The position numbers and the translations under genes are program-made. DNA of 64,000 nucleotides from Eledone cirrhosa (Eukaryota), in the NCBI GenBank assembly GCA_964016885.1, contig OZ024740.1:441068001-441132000 (forward strand), read 5' to 3'. Shown here one piece after another: positions 22,185-30,803 of the stretch. The notes under the pieces are model-generated. The model saw only the letters and a program-made list of their open reading frames with translations. It had not been told where the DNA came from and did no database searches. Each line of letters starts with the position of its first letter. Positions within the stretch are counted from its first letter, which is position 1.

Positions 22185-24281
22185 TTACCGTACTTTTGGT
22201 AGAGGAGGGATGGTTTTTACATCCCTTTTCACTTGATCGTCTGGTGAAGGGATCGTTGAATCGTCCCTTCGGCTGGTCGTCGGCTCTTCTAAGAGAATGT
22301 CTGAGTATACTCTTCGATTGATGGTTCCTCCTAGGTCCCTGAAATCACCAACTGCGTTGGGGAATTTCGTTTTAATGTTTGTGTATTGTTTCTGTGCTAT
22401 TTTTAGCAGTCTTATGTTAGTTGGCGTTTTGATTGGTGCTGGTATTATGTAGTCCTGATGTGAAATGTCTGTGTGTTCAATTATGTAAGTCATTAGTTTC
22501 TTGTTGTGTGTATTTATTGCCGTGCATTTGTTTTTCTGGGGGTGGGGTGTGGTTCTGCTATTTTCTTGTCGTTGTTGCTGGGTGTGTGTGTTTTGTTGTT
22601 GTGTTTGCGATGTTGGTGCTTGTGGTGGTGGTGTTGAAGGTGTTGTTGGCGGTGGGGTTGTCGCCGGTGGTGATGGTGGTGCTAGTGTGGGTGGTGATGG
22701 TGTTGGTGTTGTTGCTGCTGTGGGTCTCTTTGCAGTAGACTTTACCCTTTTCTCATTTCTTTCCTCCCTTTTCAAAGGCGACGATGCGCTGCTTCTGCGT
22801 TTGTGCCTTCTTGCGACCTTTTGCCATCCCTCTCCCACCTCACACTCCATGTCTGATTCTGTAAGGTCGGGGAGGGGTACCAGCTCCACTCTTTCACTTG
22901 TTGTTGTTGGTGATGTTTGCACTGGAGTCTCTGTTGCAGCTGCATTTGGTATTGCTGTTGTTGTTGTTAATATTTCCACTGCTGCTGCTGTCTTTGATTT
23001 CCGTGGAGTGGGTATGGGTGCCACGGACCTATCGTTCCTGGTTGCCGCTTGTCCTGTTGCTGGTAGCCGTGGAGCCGGATTCGGAAGGAGGGGGGTTTTC
23101 TCCTTTCTCAGGGTCTTCTCGTTGCAGAAGGCCCTGAGGTGAGTCTTCGATCCACAGCGAAAGCATTTCGGGCGTTTGCCCTCAACACTTATGGGCAGTT
23201 GAGTGCCGTTATCGAAGTCTATCACATCCGGGATAGCTTCGATGCACTCCTGGTTGGTTTGGATTAGCATCTCAATGGAGGAGCCGACCCAATCTTCTCT
23301 TACTTTTTTCTGTACTTGCAGTACAGTTGTTTTGTCCTCGATTCCGACGAGGACAGACGCGGCCAGCCAAGAAGGGGTCATTCCGGGGGGGACGTGGGTC
23401 AGTTTGACCCTCACAATTTTTTGCCCGCAGTAGGAGGGCACCAACACCATTTCCTCGCTTCTTAGGGTCACTACTGATTGGGCCTTTGCCTCCTGGGGTG
23501 TGGCAAAAAGTACGTCTACGGTGGCGTATTTTTTGCCTCGGGTGATGTGCGTTTTCCTCTGCCACACAGACCCCAAGGCTTTTTGTATTTGGGCCTCTGT
23601 GGCTCTTTCCACCCTACGGGATTTTGTACTTACTGTACGGTACGTGACCGTACAGTGCTCTTGGGTTTCGAAAAAATTTTTCGCTGCCTTGCAGATTGCT
23701 CGGTGTCCGTTCTTTGTCACCATCTTCTTCGCTTCCTCTAATTCCTCATTTGTTATGAGGATTGTTTCCAAGTTTTTCGCAATACCTGCAAATGAGATTG
23801 GTTTTTCTCTGCTGTTGTTGTTGTCGTCAGAGCTGCTGGTACTTTTGTTGTTGCTGCAGGTACTACGACTACTGCCTCCGCCGCTGTTGCTGTGGTTGTT
23901 GTTGGTGTTGCTGCTGCTAATGCTGTTGTTGTTTATGCTGCTAGTGATGCTGTTGCGGCTGCTACTGTTGTTTTCATTGTCACTGTTGCTGTTGTTATTA
24001 CGGCTGCTACTGCTATTATTCCTGACGTCAGACGAATGAACTGGGTTTTCGTATTTCCCGCACACCTGTTTCGTCGCTGTCGTCGTCGTCGTGGAGAAAC
24101 CTTGCACGCTTTGCACGAGACTTTTCTTTTCTTTCGTCGCTTGCGAAAGAGAAGGGAGGGAGAGAGACACATTTAAAGAAGGGAGGGAGAGAGACAATCT
24201 TCTCTCTGCTGTAGTGATGATTGAGGAAGAAGAAGACGGAATGAGTGGGAGTGACGTATGAAATTTCTTTTTCGTAGCCAT
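22185..24281 (-). CDS. Unit 1 ORF1p (Asn/Ser-rich N-terminus, RRM-like region, CCHC zinc knuckle, Pro/Thr-rich tail)
   Basis: First ATG gives MATKKKF; CFRCGSKTHLRAFC fits C-x2-C-x4-H-x4-C; GWQKV.RRHKRR basic motif; lies upstream of ORF2. Confidence 0.9.
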   Translation of the reverse strand: MATKKKFHTSLPLIPSSSSSIITTAERRLSLSLPSLNVSLSLPSLSQATKEKKSLVQSVQGFSTTTTTATKQVCGKYENPVHSSDVRNNSSSSRNNNSNSDNENNSSSRNSITSSINNNSISSSNTNNNHSNSGGGSSRSTCSNNKSTSSSDDNNNSREKPISFAGIAKNLETILITNEELEEAKKMVTKNGHRAICKAAKNFFETQEHCTVTYRTVSTKSRRVERATEAQIQKALGSVWQRKTHITRGKKYATVDVLFATPQEAKAQSVVTLRSEEMVLVPSYCGQKIVRVKLTHVPPGMTPSWLAASVLVGIEDKTTVLQVQKKVREDWVGSSIEMLIQTNQECIEAIPDVIDFDNGTQLPISVEGKRPKCFRCGSKTHLRAFCNEKTLRKEKTPLLPNPAPRLPATGQAATRNDRSVAPIPTPRKSKTAAAVEILTTTTAIPNAAATETPVQTSPTTTSERVELVPLPDLTESDMECEVGEGWQKVARRHKRRSSASSPLKREERNEKRVKSTAKRPTAATTPTPSPPTLAPPSPPATTPPPTTPSTPPPQAPTSQTQQQNTHTQQQRQENSRTTPHPQKNKCTAINTHNKKLMTYIIEHTDISHQDYIIPAPIKTPTNIRLLKIAQKQYTNIKTKFPNAVGDFRDLGGTINRRVYSDILLEEPTTSRRDDSTIPSPDDQVKRDVKTIPPLPKVR

Positions 24282-24773
24282 GTTTTTTTGTTTAAAATGA
24301 AATTTTGGGTACAAAACCCCAATAACTGGTTATTTAACCCCGAAGGGCCAAATAACGGACAGAAAGACCCCTCTCACGAGGAGGAGGGTGTCTTTATCAA
24401 CAATTTGGTTCAAGTTTTAAACAATTTACAATTGTTTTAACGGTTAAAAATTACTATACCTTACAGAGCCGAGCCTCCGTCAACCATGGCATTCAATAAT
24501 AATAATAATAATAGCAATAATAATGATTTCTTTATTAACCACAAGGGTTTACATAAAGTAGACATTAAGGACAGTGCAGGACAATGCAGGACGGTACAAA
24601 TGGGCATTTCTGCGTGTAAAAAACAAAAACAGAGGATGTAACAAAAATAACAATGAAAAATTCCCCAATAGGGGGGAGACTTCGGAGGGACATTTGTGGA
24701 GAAAGCCCAGTAAAAAGCCACAATGACCCTGACCACCAAGGCAAGTGCCCTCTCCCAGTTTTCCACCTTTAGT

Positions 24774-27700
24774 TTACAGATATATACTCAGAGTCGGCCC
24801 ATTCACTCGGGCCATTCTTGCTTCTCTCACCCATCTTTCAACAAAATGCTGGGAAGAGAGCACTTCCTTCTTTACTCTGATTTTCCTTTTCAAATGAAAT
24901 TTGAAAAAGTCAATCAGAGCATCACCGAAGAGGTAAGTGCTCGTCTTCAGCCCTTTCAAACGTGTCCACCATACTATCTCTTTCGCCATGGCCACCAGAC
25001 AGATAAAAACTGCCTGCCCTTCCCGGCTAAAGGAGGAGGGCGGGGCAATCCTCACGATAGACTCAGATGATAGCTGGATCCGTCCTAAACGCGACAGCAG
25101 GTGTTCGACATAAACCCACAAGTCAGCAATTTTCGGACACTGGACGAGTGCGTGCAGGACGGTTTCGTCGCCCTGCGCGCATCTCGGACATGCCCGGCTG
25201 ACGGCACCTCCATGCCTGTAGAGTTTATCCCGAACTGGCAAGGCTCCTCGGTAGCACTGCCAGGCCAGAGATTTCTGGAAGTTGTCCATAGGCCCCGGCC
25301 CGAAAGTTCTTCCGAAGAGATTGGCTAGTTGATTTTCGTCGACGCCTAGAGTTTCCCCAAGTACGTCGTCGCTCTTCCCCTCCACTAATCCTCTATAGAA
25401 CGCCGAGGTGGAGTTTCCACCGATCACATTGCCCGATTGGTCGAGGGCTGTGAGCGCCTGAAGACATTCCAGTCTCCAGGCGCTCCCTCTCGGTCTTCGC
25501 TTGACCCAGGACTGCAGCTCCGTTAAGGAAACGAGCTGGGGAAAAACGCGTCTAGCAAACGGCGACCACACCTGATCACCGTCGAGGAAGAGGTGGAGAT
25601 GTCGTAGCCTGAGCGCGTGCCTGCGCATCATCAGCCACGGCATGCCCAGCCCTCCACGTAGCGGGTGTTGACAACAGATGGACCGCCTGACCATCGGAGC
25701 ACGTCCCTTCCACAAAAAGCGAAAGAGCAAACGCTCCAGCGCAGTCAGGCGAGGCTTAGGACAAGGTACGACGGTTAGGCGGTAGCAGATGACAGACGCG
25801 ATGTACGCGTTAGCCACCTCCGCTCGACCTTTCAGGGATAGCTTCCTCTCCGCCCATTTCTGGGTGAGAGAAGCCACCCTGCTCGTCACCTCGTCCCAGT
25901 TTTTGTCTGTCTGGAGGTCCGGACCGAACCAGACCCCTAGCAATTTAACCGGTCCGTCCGTCCAGCGCCCGACGACGCTGTTGGACGGCATGGACCTGCC
26001 TCTCCAGGTGCCGAGCTGCAGGCCCACTGACTTTTCCTGGTTGATCATTGCTCCTGTCACCGCTTCGTATTCTCTTAGTGTAGTGCCGATCGCCTCGATG
26101 TGTTTGGCGTTCGACACCACTACGGTGACATCGTCCGCATATGCTGACACGGATCTTCCGCATCCTAGTTCGCGCGGGACTCCCCTCAACGTCTCCAGTT
26201 TGTGCAGTAATGGCTCGAGCGTCAATACGTACAAAAGGGACGAGAGGTGACATCCTTGGCGGACCGAGCGCATGATGTTGAACGGTTCCGACAGGTGACC
26301 GTTCACTCTCACCACAGAGCAGATGTCGCTGTGCATGGCAGCGATCCAGCCTCTGAAGACGGGCCCAAAGCCAGCCGCCCTCAGGACTGCCGCTAGGTAA
26401 CGATGGTCGACCCTATCGAAAGCTTTCGACTGATCTAAATTGATCAAGGACCCACCCGTGCCAGGTTCCCTAGCTACCCTCTCTACGATGTATCGCATGA
26501 GGTGGAGGTTGTCGTGGATGGATCTGTCGGGAATGGCGCATGTCTGCGCCTCTCCCACCAGACCACCAACGACAAGCGCCAACCTCTTTGCTAGCACCTT
26601 GGCCAAAATCTTAAACTCTGTGTTTAGCAGAGTTATGGGCCGGAAATTGTCTATGTTATCCCCCTTGTTCGGATCCTTTCTCAGCAGTGCCACCGCTCCT
26701 CGGCTCACAGAACTGGGAATTCTCCCGTTCTGTTGCCAGTTGCAGTAGACGTCCGCCAAGAGGCCTCCGAACAAGTCTGGCATCTGTACGTAAAGTTCAT
26801 AGGGCAGACCATCCAAACCAGGCGATTTACCCCTTGTGCAGCCAGTCATTGCCTCCCGTACTTCAGCGGCTGTTATCGGCTTTTCGCAACACTTCGCCTC
26901 AGTGGCCGAGAGCCGCGGCAGTCCGTCGAGGTAGACACTAAAGTCCATCCCTCTACCCGGCCCCCCGCTGCCCCCGAACAGCTGAGCGAAGTGTCGCTGA
27001 AAAGCTTCACACATTTGCCCGGGATCGAGTAGCATGCGCCCGTCGTGGTCCACCAAAGACCGGATCGTGGCTTTGTTGCCACGACGCGCCTCCGCCACTC
27101 GGGCCCATTGAACGGCTTTCGTCACCTCGTGTCTGAGAGCACGCACCCTAGCTCTGACAACGCAGCCTTCGTGCTTTGCATTGAAGAATTGGTCAAGGGC
27201 CAATTTCGCCGCAAGCACGTCGGTCGCAATGCCTTTGCTAAGCGCCTCGTCTAATTTTCTAACTAGTTCTCCCTCTGCTCTATTTTTCTCTATTGCTAAA
27301 GCCTTACTAAACCTAATCGATTCTATTCTAATCGCTCTTTTCAGAGCAAACCACCACTTGTTGTTGACGATGGCCCCCGTCAACGCCCGCTTAACTAGTT
27401 CGCTAATCCGGTCTCTGTAGGCCTTGCGCGCTGGTAAGGACGCGTTTAGCTTCCAGTAGCCGGGTCCTCGTCTATGAAGCCTATCTAAGTCAAGCACACA
27501 GGTCACGAATTTGTGGTCCGTGTAGCTGACTATCTTGAATTGTGGACAGCCTATGCTAGACCTATCTATTTCCCTACAAAATACTCTATCTAGATATGAT
27601 CTGGATGACCCTATGCGGTTTGTCCAAGTCCACATTGGCACATTCGGGAAATCCAATCGGTACCTGTCAGACAGTTCAAAACGCCTGAGCAGGTTGGTGA

Positions 27701-28193
27701 GGCTCTTGCACCCTCCACCCCTATCCGCTAATCCCACACAGTCCCAGCGTGCATCTAAGATCCCGTTCCAGTCGCCCACTAACACTAAAGAGCGGGACGT
27801 TCCAAGAAAGGTCTCCAGACGCCGGAAGAAATCAGGCCGCCCTGCTCCTGTCGGGGCATAGACGGCCACTAGCCTGAAAGCTTGCCCGTCTCCGCTGGTC
27901 ACGTCCAGCACCACCAGCTTACCCTCTGGGTCCAGGAAGATGGCCCGTATGGCGAGATCCAAACCTCTCCGAAAAAGCACAGCAACTCCTCCACCCGATC
28001 CAGGACGGCTGGGAGATGCGTACACATCGTAGCCGCCGAAGATCGGTGCGAAGGCCCGTGCTTCGGAGATTCTGGTCTCGCTGATGGCCACTACATCTAT
28101 GTTTAGTGACCTGAGGTCGTTGAGCAGGTGACCCTGCTTCCATGACGACCCCAAGCCACGCGCATTTATGCTGCCTATTCTGAGTGAGGTCAT
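24774..28193 (-). CDS. Unit 2 ORF2p: APE endonuclease + reverse transcriptase + C-terminal zinc finger (1139 aa)
   Basis: SINARGL, ISETR, GDWN, YLDR, TDH; KSPGLDG, FRPITLLN, LDQSKAFDRVDH, VRQGCHLS (P>H variant), AYADD; CPRC...H...C. Confidence 0.95.
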   Translation of the reverse strand: MTSLRIGSINARGLGSSWKQGHLLNDLRSLNIDVVAISETRISEARAFAPIFGGYDVYASPSRPGSGGGVAVLFRRGLDLAIRAIFLDPEGKLVVLDVTSGDGQAFRLVAVYAPTGAGRPDFFRRLETFLGTSRSLVLVGDWNGILDARWDCVGLADRGGGCKSLTNLLRRFELSDRYRLDFPNVPMWTWTNRIGSSRSYLDRVFCREIDRSSIGCPQFKIVSYTDHKFVTCVLDLDRLHRRGPGYWKLNASLPARKAYRDRISELVKRALTGAIVNNKWWFALKRAIRIESIRFSKALAIEKNRAEGELVRKLDEALSKGIATDVLAAKLALDQFFNAKHEGCVVRARVRALRHEVTKAVQWARVAEARRGNKATIRSLVDHDGRMLLDPGQMCEAFQRHFAQLFGGSGGPGRGMDFSVYLDGLPRLSATEAKCCEKPITAAEVREAMTGCTRGKSPGLDGLPYELYVQMPDLFGGLLADVYCNWQQNGRIPSSVSRGAVALLRKDPNKGDNIDNFRPITLLNTEFKILAKVLAKRLALVVGGLVGEAQTCAIPDRSIHDNLHLMRYIVERVAREPGTGGSLINLDQSKAFDRVDHRYLAAVLRAAGFGPVFRGWIAAMHSDICSVVRVNGHLSEPFNIMRSVRQGCHLSSLLYVLTLEPLLHKLETLRGVPRELGCGRSVSAYADDVTVVVSNAKHIEAIGTTLREYEAVTGAMINQEKSVGLQLGTWRGRSMPSNSVVGRWTDGPVKLLGVWFGPDLQTDKNWDEVTSRVASLTQKWAERKLSLKGRAEVANAYIASVICYRLTVVPCPKPRLTALERLLFRFLWKGRAPMVRRSICCQHPLRGGLGMPWLMMRRHALRLRHLHLFLDGDQVWSPFARRVFPQLVSLTELQSWVKRRPRGSAWRLECLQALTALDQSGNVIGGNSTSAFYRGLVEGKSDDVLGETLGVDENQLANLFGRTFGPGPMDNFQKSLAWQCYRGALPVRDKLYRHGGAVSRACPRCAQGDETVLHALVQCPKIADLWVYVEHLLSRLGRIQLSSESIVRIAPPSSFSREGQAVFICLVAMAKEIVWWTRLKGLKTSTYLFGDALIDFFKFHLKRKIRVKKEVLSSQHFVERWVREARMARVNGPTLSIYL

Positions 28194-28227
28194 GTTTAAA
28201 TAGAGTGGAAAAGATGGGAAAGACCAC

Positions 28228-30276
28228 TTACCGTACTTTTGGTAGAGGAGGGATGGTTTTTACATCCCTTTTCACTTGATCGTCTGGTGAAGGGACCGTT
28301 GAATCGTCCCTTCGGCTGGTCGTCGGCTCTTCTAAGAGAATGTCTGAATATACTCTTCGATTGATGGTTCCTCCTAGGTCCCTGAAATCACCAACTGCGT
28401 TGGGGAATTTCGTTTTAATGTTTGTGTATTGTTTCTGTGCTATTTTTAGCAGTCTTATGTTAGTTGGCGTTTTGATTGGTGCTGGTATTATGTAGTCCTG
28501 TTGTGAAATGTCTGTGTGTTCAATTATGTAAGTCATTAGTTTCTTGTTGTGTGTGTTTATTGCCGTGCATTTGTTTTTCTGGGGGTGGGGTGTGGTTCTG
28601 CTATTTTCTTGTCGTTGTTGCTGGGTGTGTGTGTTTTGTTGTTGTGTTTGCGATGTTGGTGCTTGTGGTGGTGGTGTTAAAGGTGTTGTTGGCGGTGGTG
28701 ATGGTGGTGCTAGTGTGGGTGGTGATGGTGTTGGTGTTGTTGCTGCTGTGGGTCTCTTTGCAGTAGACTTTACCCTTTTCTCATTTCTTTCCTCCCTTTT
28801 CAAAGGCGACGATGCGCTGCTTCTGCGTTTGTGCCTTCTTACGACCTTTTGCCATCCCTCTCCCACCTCACACTCCATGTCTGATTCTGTGAGGTCGGGG
28901 AGGGGTACCAGCTCCACTCTTTCACTTGTTGTTGGTGATGTTTGCACTGGAGTCTCTGTTGCAGCTGCATTTGGTATTGCTGTTGTTGTTGTTAATATTT
29001 CCACTGCTGCTGCTGTTTTTGATTTCCGTGGAGTGGGTATGGGTGCCACGGACCTATCGTTCCTGGTTGCCGCTTGTCCTGTTGCTGGTAGCCGTGGAGC
29101 CGGATTCGGAAGGAGGGGGGTTTTCTCCTTTCTCAGGGTCTTCTCGTTGCAGAAGGCCCTGAGGTGAGTCTTCGATCCACAGCGAAAGCATTTCGGGCGT
29201 TTGCCCTCAACACTTATGGGCAGTTGAGTGCCGTTATCGAAGTCTATCACATCCGGGATAGCTTCGATGCACTCCTGGTTGGTTTGGATTAGCATCTCAA
29301 TGGAGGAGCCGACCCAATCTTCTCTTACTTTTTTCTGTACTTGCAGTACAGTTGTTTTGTCCTCGATTCCGATTAGGACAGACGCGGCCAGCCAAGAAGG
29401 GGTCATTCCGGGGGGGACGTGGGTCAGTTTGACCCTCACAATTTTTTGCCCGCAGTAGGAGGGCACCAACACCATTTCCTCGCTCCTTAGGGTCACTACT
29501 GATTGGGCTTTTGCCTCCTGGGGTGTGGCAAAAAGTACGTCTACGGTGGCATATTTTTTGCCTCGGGTGATGTGCGTTTTCCGCTGCCACACAGACCCCA
29601 AGGCATTTTGTATTTGGGCCTCTGTGGCTCTTTCCACCCTACGGGATTTTGTACTTACTGTACGGTACGTGACCGTACAGTGCTCTTGGGTTTCGAAAAA
29701 TTTTTCCGCTGCCTTGCAGATTGCTCGGTGTCCGTTCTTTGTCACCATCTTCTTCGCTTCCTCTAATTCCTCATTTGTTATGAGGATTGTTTCCAAGTTT
29801 TTCGCAATACCTGCAAATGAGATTGGTTTTTCTCTGCTGTTGTTGTTGCCGTCAGAGCTGCTGGTACTTTTGTTGTTGCTGCAGGTACTACGACTACTGC
29901 CTCCGCCGCTGTTGCTGTGGTTGTTGTTGGTGTTGCTGGTGATGCTGTTGCGGCTGCTACTGTTGTTTTCATTGTCACTGTTGCTGTTGTTATTACGGCT
30001 GCTACTGCTATTATTCCTGACGTCAGACGAATGAACTGGGTTTTCGTATTTCCCGCACACCTGTTTCGTCGCTGTCGTCGTCGTCGTGGAGAAACCTTGC
30101 ACGCTTTGCACGAGACTTTTCTTTTCTTTCGTCGCTTGCGAAAGAGAAGGGAGGGAGAGAGACACATTTAAAGAAGGGAGGGAGAGAGACAATCTTCTCT
30201 CTGCTGTAGTGATGATTGAGGAAGAAGAAGACGGAATGAGTGGGAGTGACGTATGAAATTTCTTTTTGGTAGCCAT
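28228..30276 (-). CDS. Unit 2 ORF1p (short variant)
   Basis: As unit 1, with in-frame deletions totalling 16 aa. Confidence 0.9.
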   Translation of the reverse strand: MATKKKFHTSLPLIPSSSSSIITTAERRLSLSLPSLNVSLSLPSLSQATKEKKSLVQSVQGFSTTTTTATKQVCGKYENPVHSSDVRNNSSSSRNNNSNSDNENNSSSRNSITSNTNNNHSNSGGGSSRSTCSNNKSTSSSDGNNNSREKPISFAGIAKNLETILITNEELEEAKKMVTKNGHRAICKAAEKFFETQEHCTVTYRTVSTKSRRVERATEAQIQNALGSVWQRKTHITRGKKYATVDVLFATPQEAKAQSVVTLRSEEMVLVPSYCGQKIVRVKLTHVPPGMTPSWLAASVLIGIEDKTTVLQVQKKVREDWVGSSIEMLIQTNQECIEAIPDVIDFDNGTQLPISVEGKRPKCFRCGSKTHLRAFCNEKTLRKEKTPLLPNPAPRLPATGQAATRNDRSVAPIPTPRKSKTAAAVEILTTTTAIPNAAATETPVQTSPTTSERVELVPLPDLTESDMECEVGEGWQKVVRRHKRRSSASSPLKREERNEKRVKSTAKRPTAATTPTPSPPTLAPPSPPPTTPLTPPPQAPTSQTQQQNTHTQQQRQENSRTTPHPQKNKCTAINTHNKKLMTYIIEHTDISQQDYIIPAPIKTPTNIRLLKIAQKQYTNIKTKFPNAVGDFRDLGGTINRRVYSDILLEEPTTSRRDDSTVPSPDDQVKRDVKTIPPLPKVR

Positions 30277-30803
30277 GTTTTTTTGTTTAAAATGAAATTT
30301 TGGGTACAAAACCCCAATAACTGGTTATTTAACCCCGAAGGGCCAAATAACGGACAGAAAGACCCCTCTCACGAGGAGGAGGGTGTCTTTATCAACAATT
30401 TGGTTCAAGTTTTAAACAATTTACAATTGTTTTAACGGTTAAAAATTACTATACCTTACAGAGCCGAGCCTCCGTCAACCATGGCATTCAATAATAATAA
30501 TAATAATAGCAATAATAATAATAACGACACCAACAATAATGATTTCTTTATTAACCACAAGGGTTTACATAAAGTAGACATTAAGGACAGTGCAGGACAA
30601 TGCAGGACGGTACAAATGGGCATTTCTGCGTGTAAAAAAAACAAAAACAGAGGATGTAACAAAAATAACAATGAAAATAACAATGAAAAATTCCCCAATA
30701 GGGGGGAGACTTCGGAGGGACATTTGTGGAGAAAGCCCAGTAAAAAGCCACAATGACCCTGACCACCAAGGCAAGTGCCCTCTCCCAGTTTTCCACCTTT
30801 AGT

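Larger units (their letters stand above)
18492..24494 (-). mobile_element. Tx1-like LINE unit 1 (edge copy, ORF2 disrupted)
   Basis: 5'UTR-ORF1-ORF2-3'UTR-AATAAA-(ATT)6. Has the most diverged 3' end of the array. Confidence 0.95.
24495..30489 (-). mobile_element. Tx1-like LINE unit 2
   Basis: Full-length copy, 5995 bp. Confidence 0.95.

Noticed and set aside
24282-24314. ORF1 start MYPKF given by the ORF track
   Set aside because: It uses a TTG codon; the first in-frame ATG (MATKKK) is 11 codons downstream in every unit.
24440-24494. LINE 5' end as a spliced-leader RNA or snRNA target remnant (AAG|GTATAG followed by AATTTTTAA)
   Set aside because: The Sm-like site lacks the conserved G, and I see no match to U1, U2, 5S or tRNA; insufficient support.
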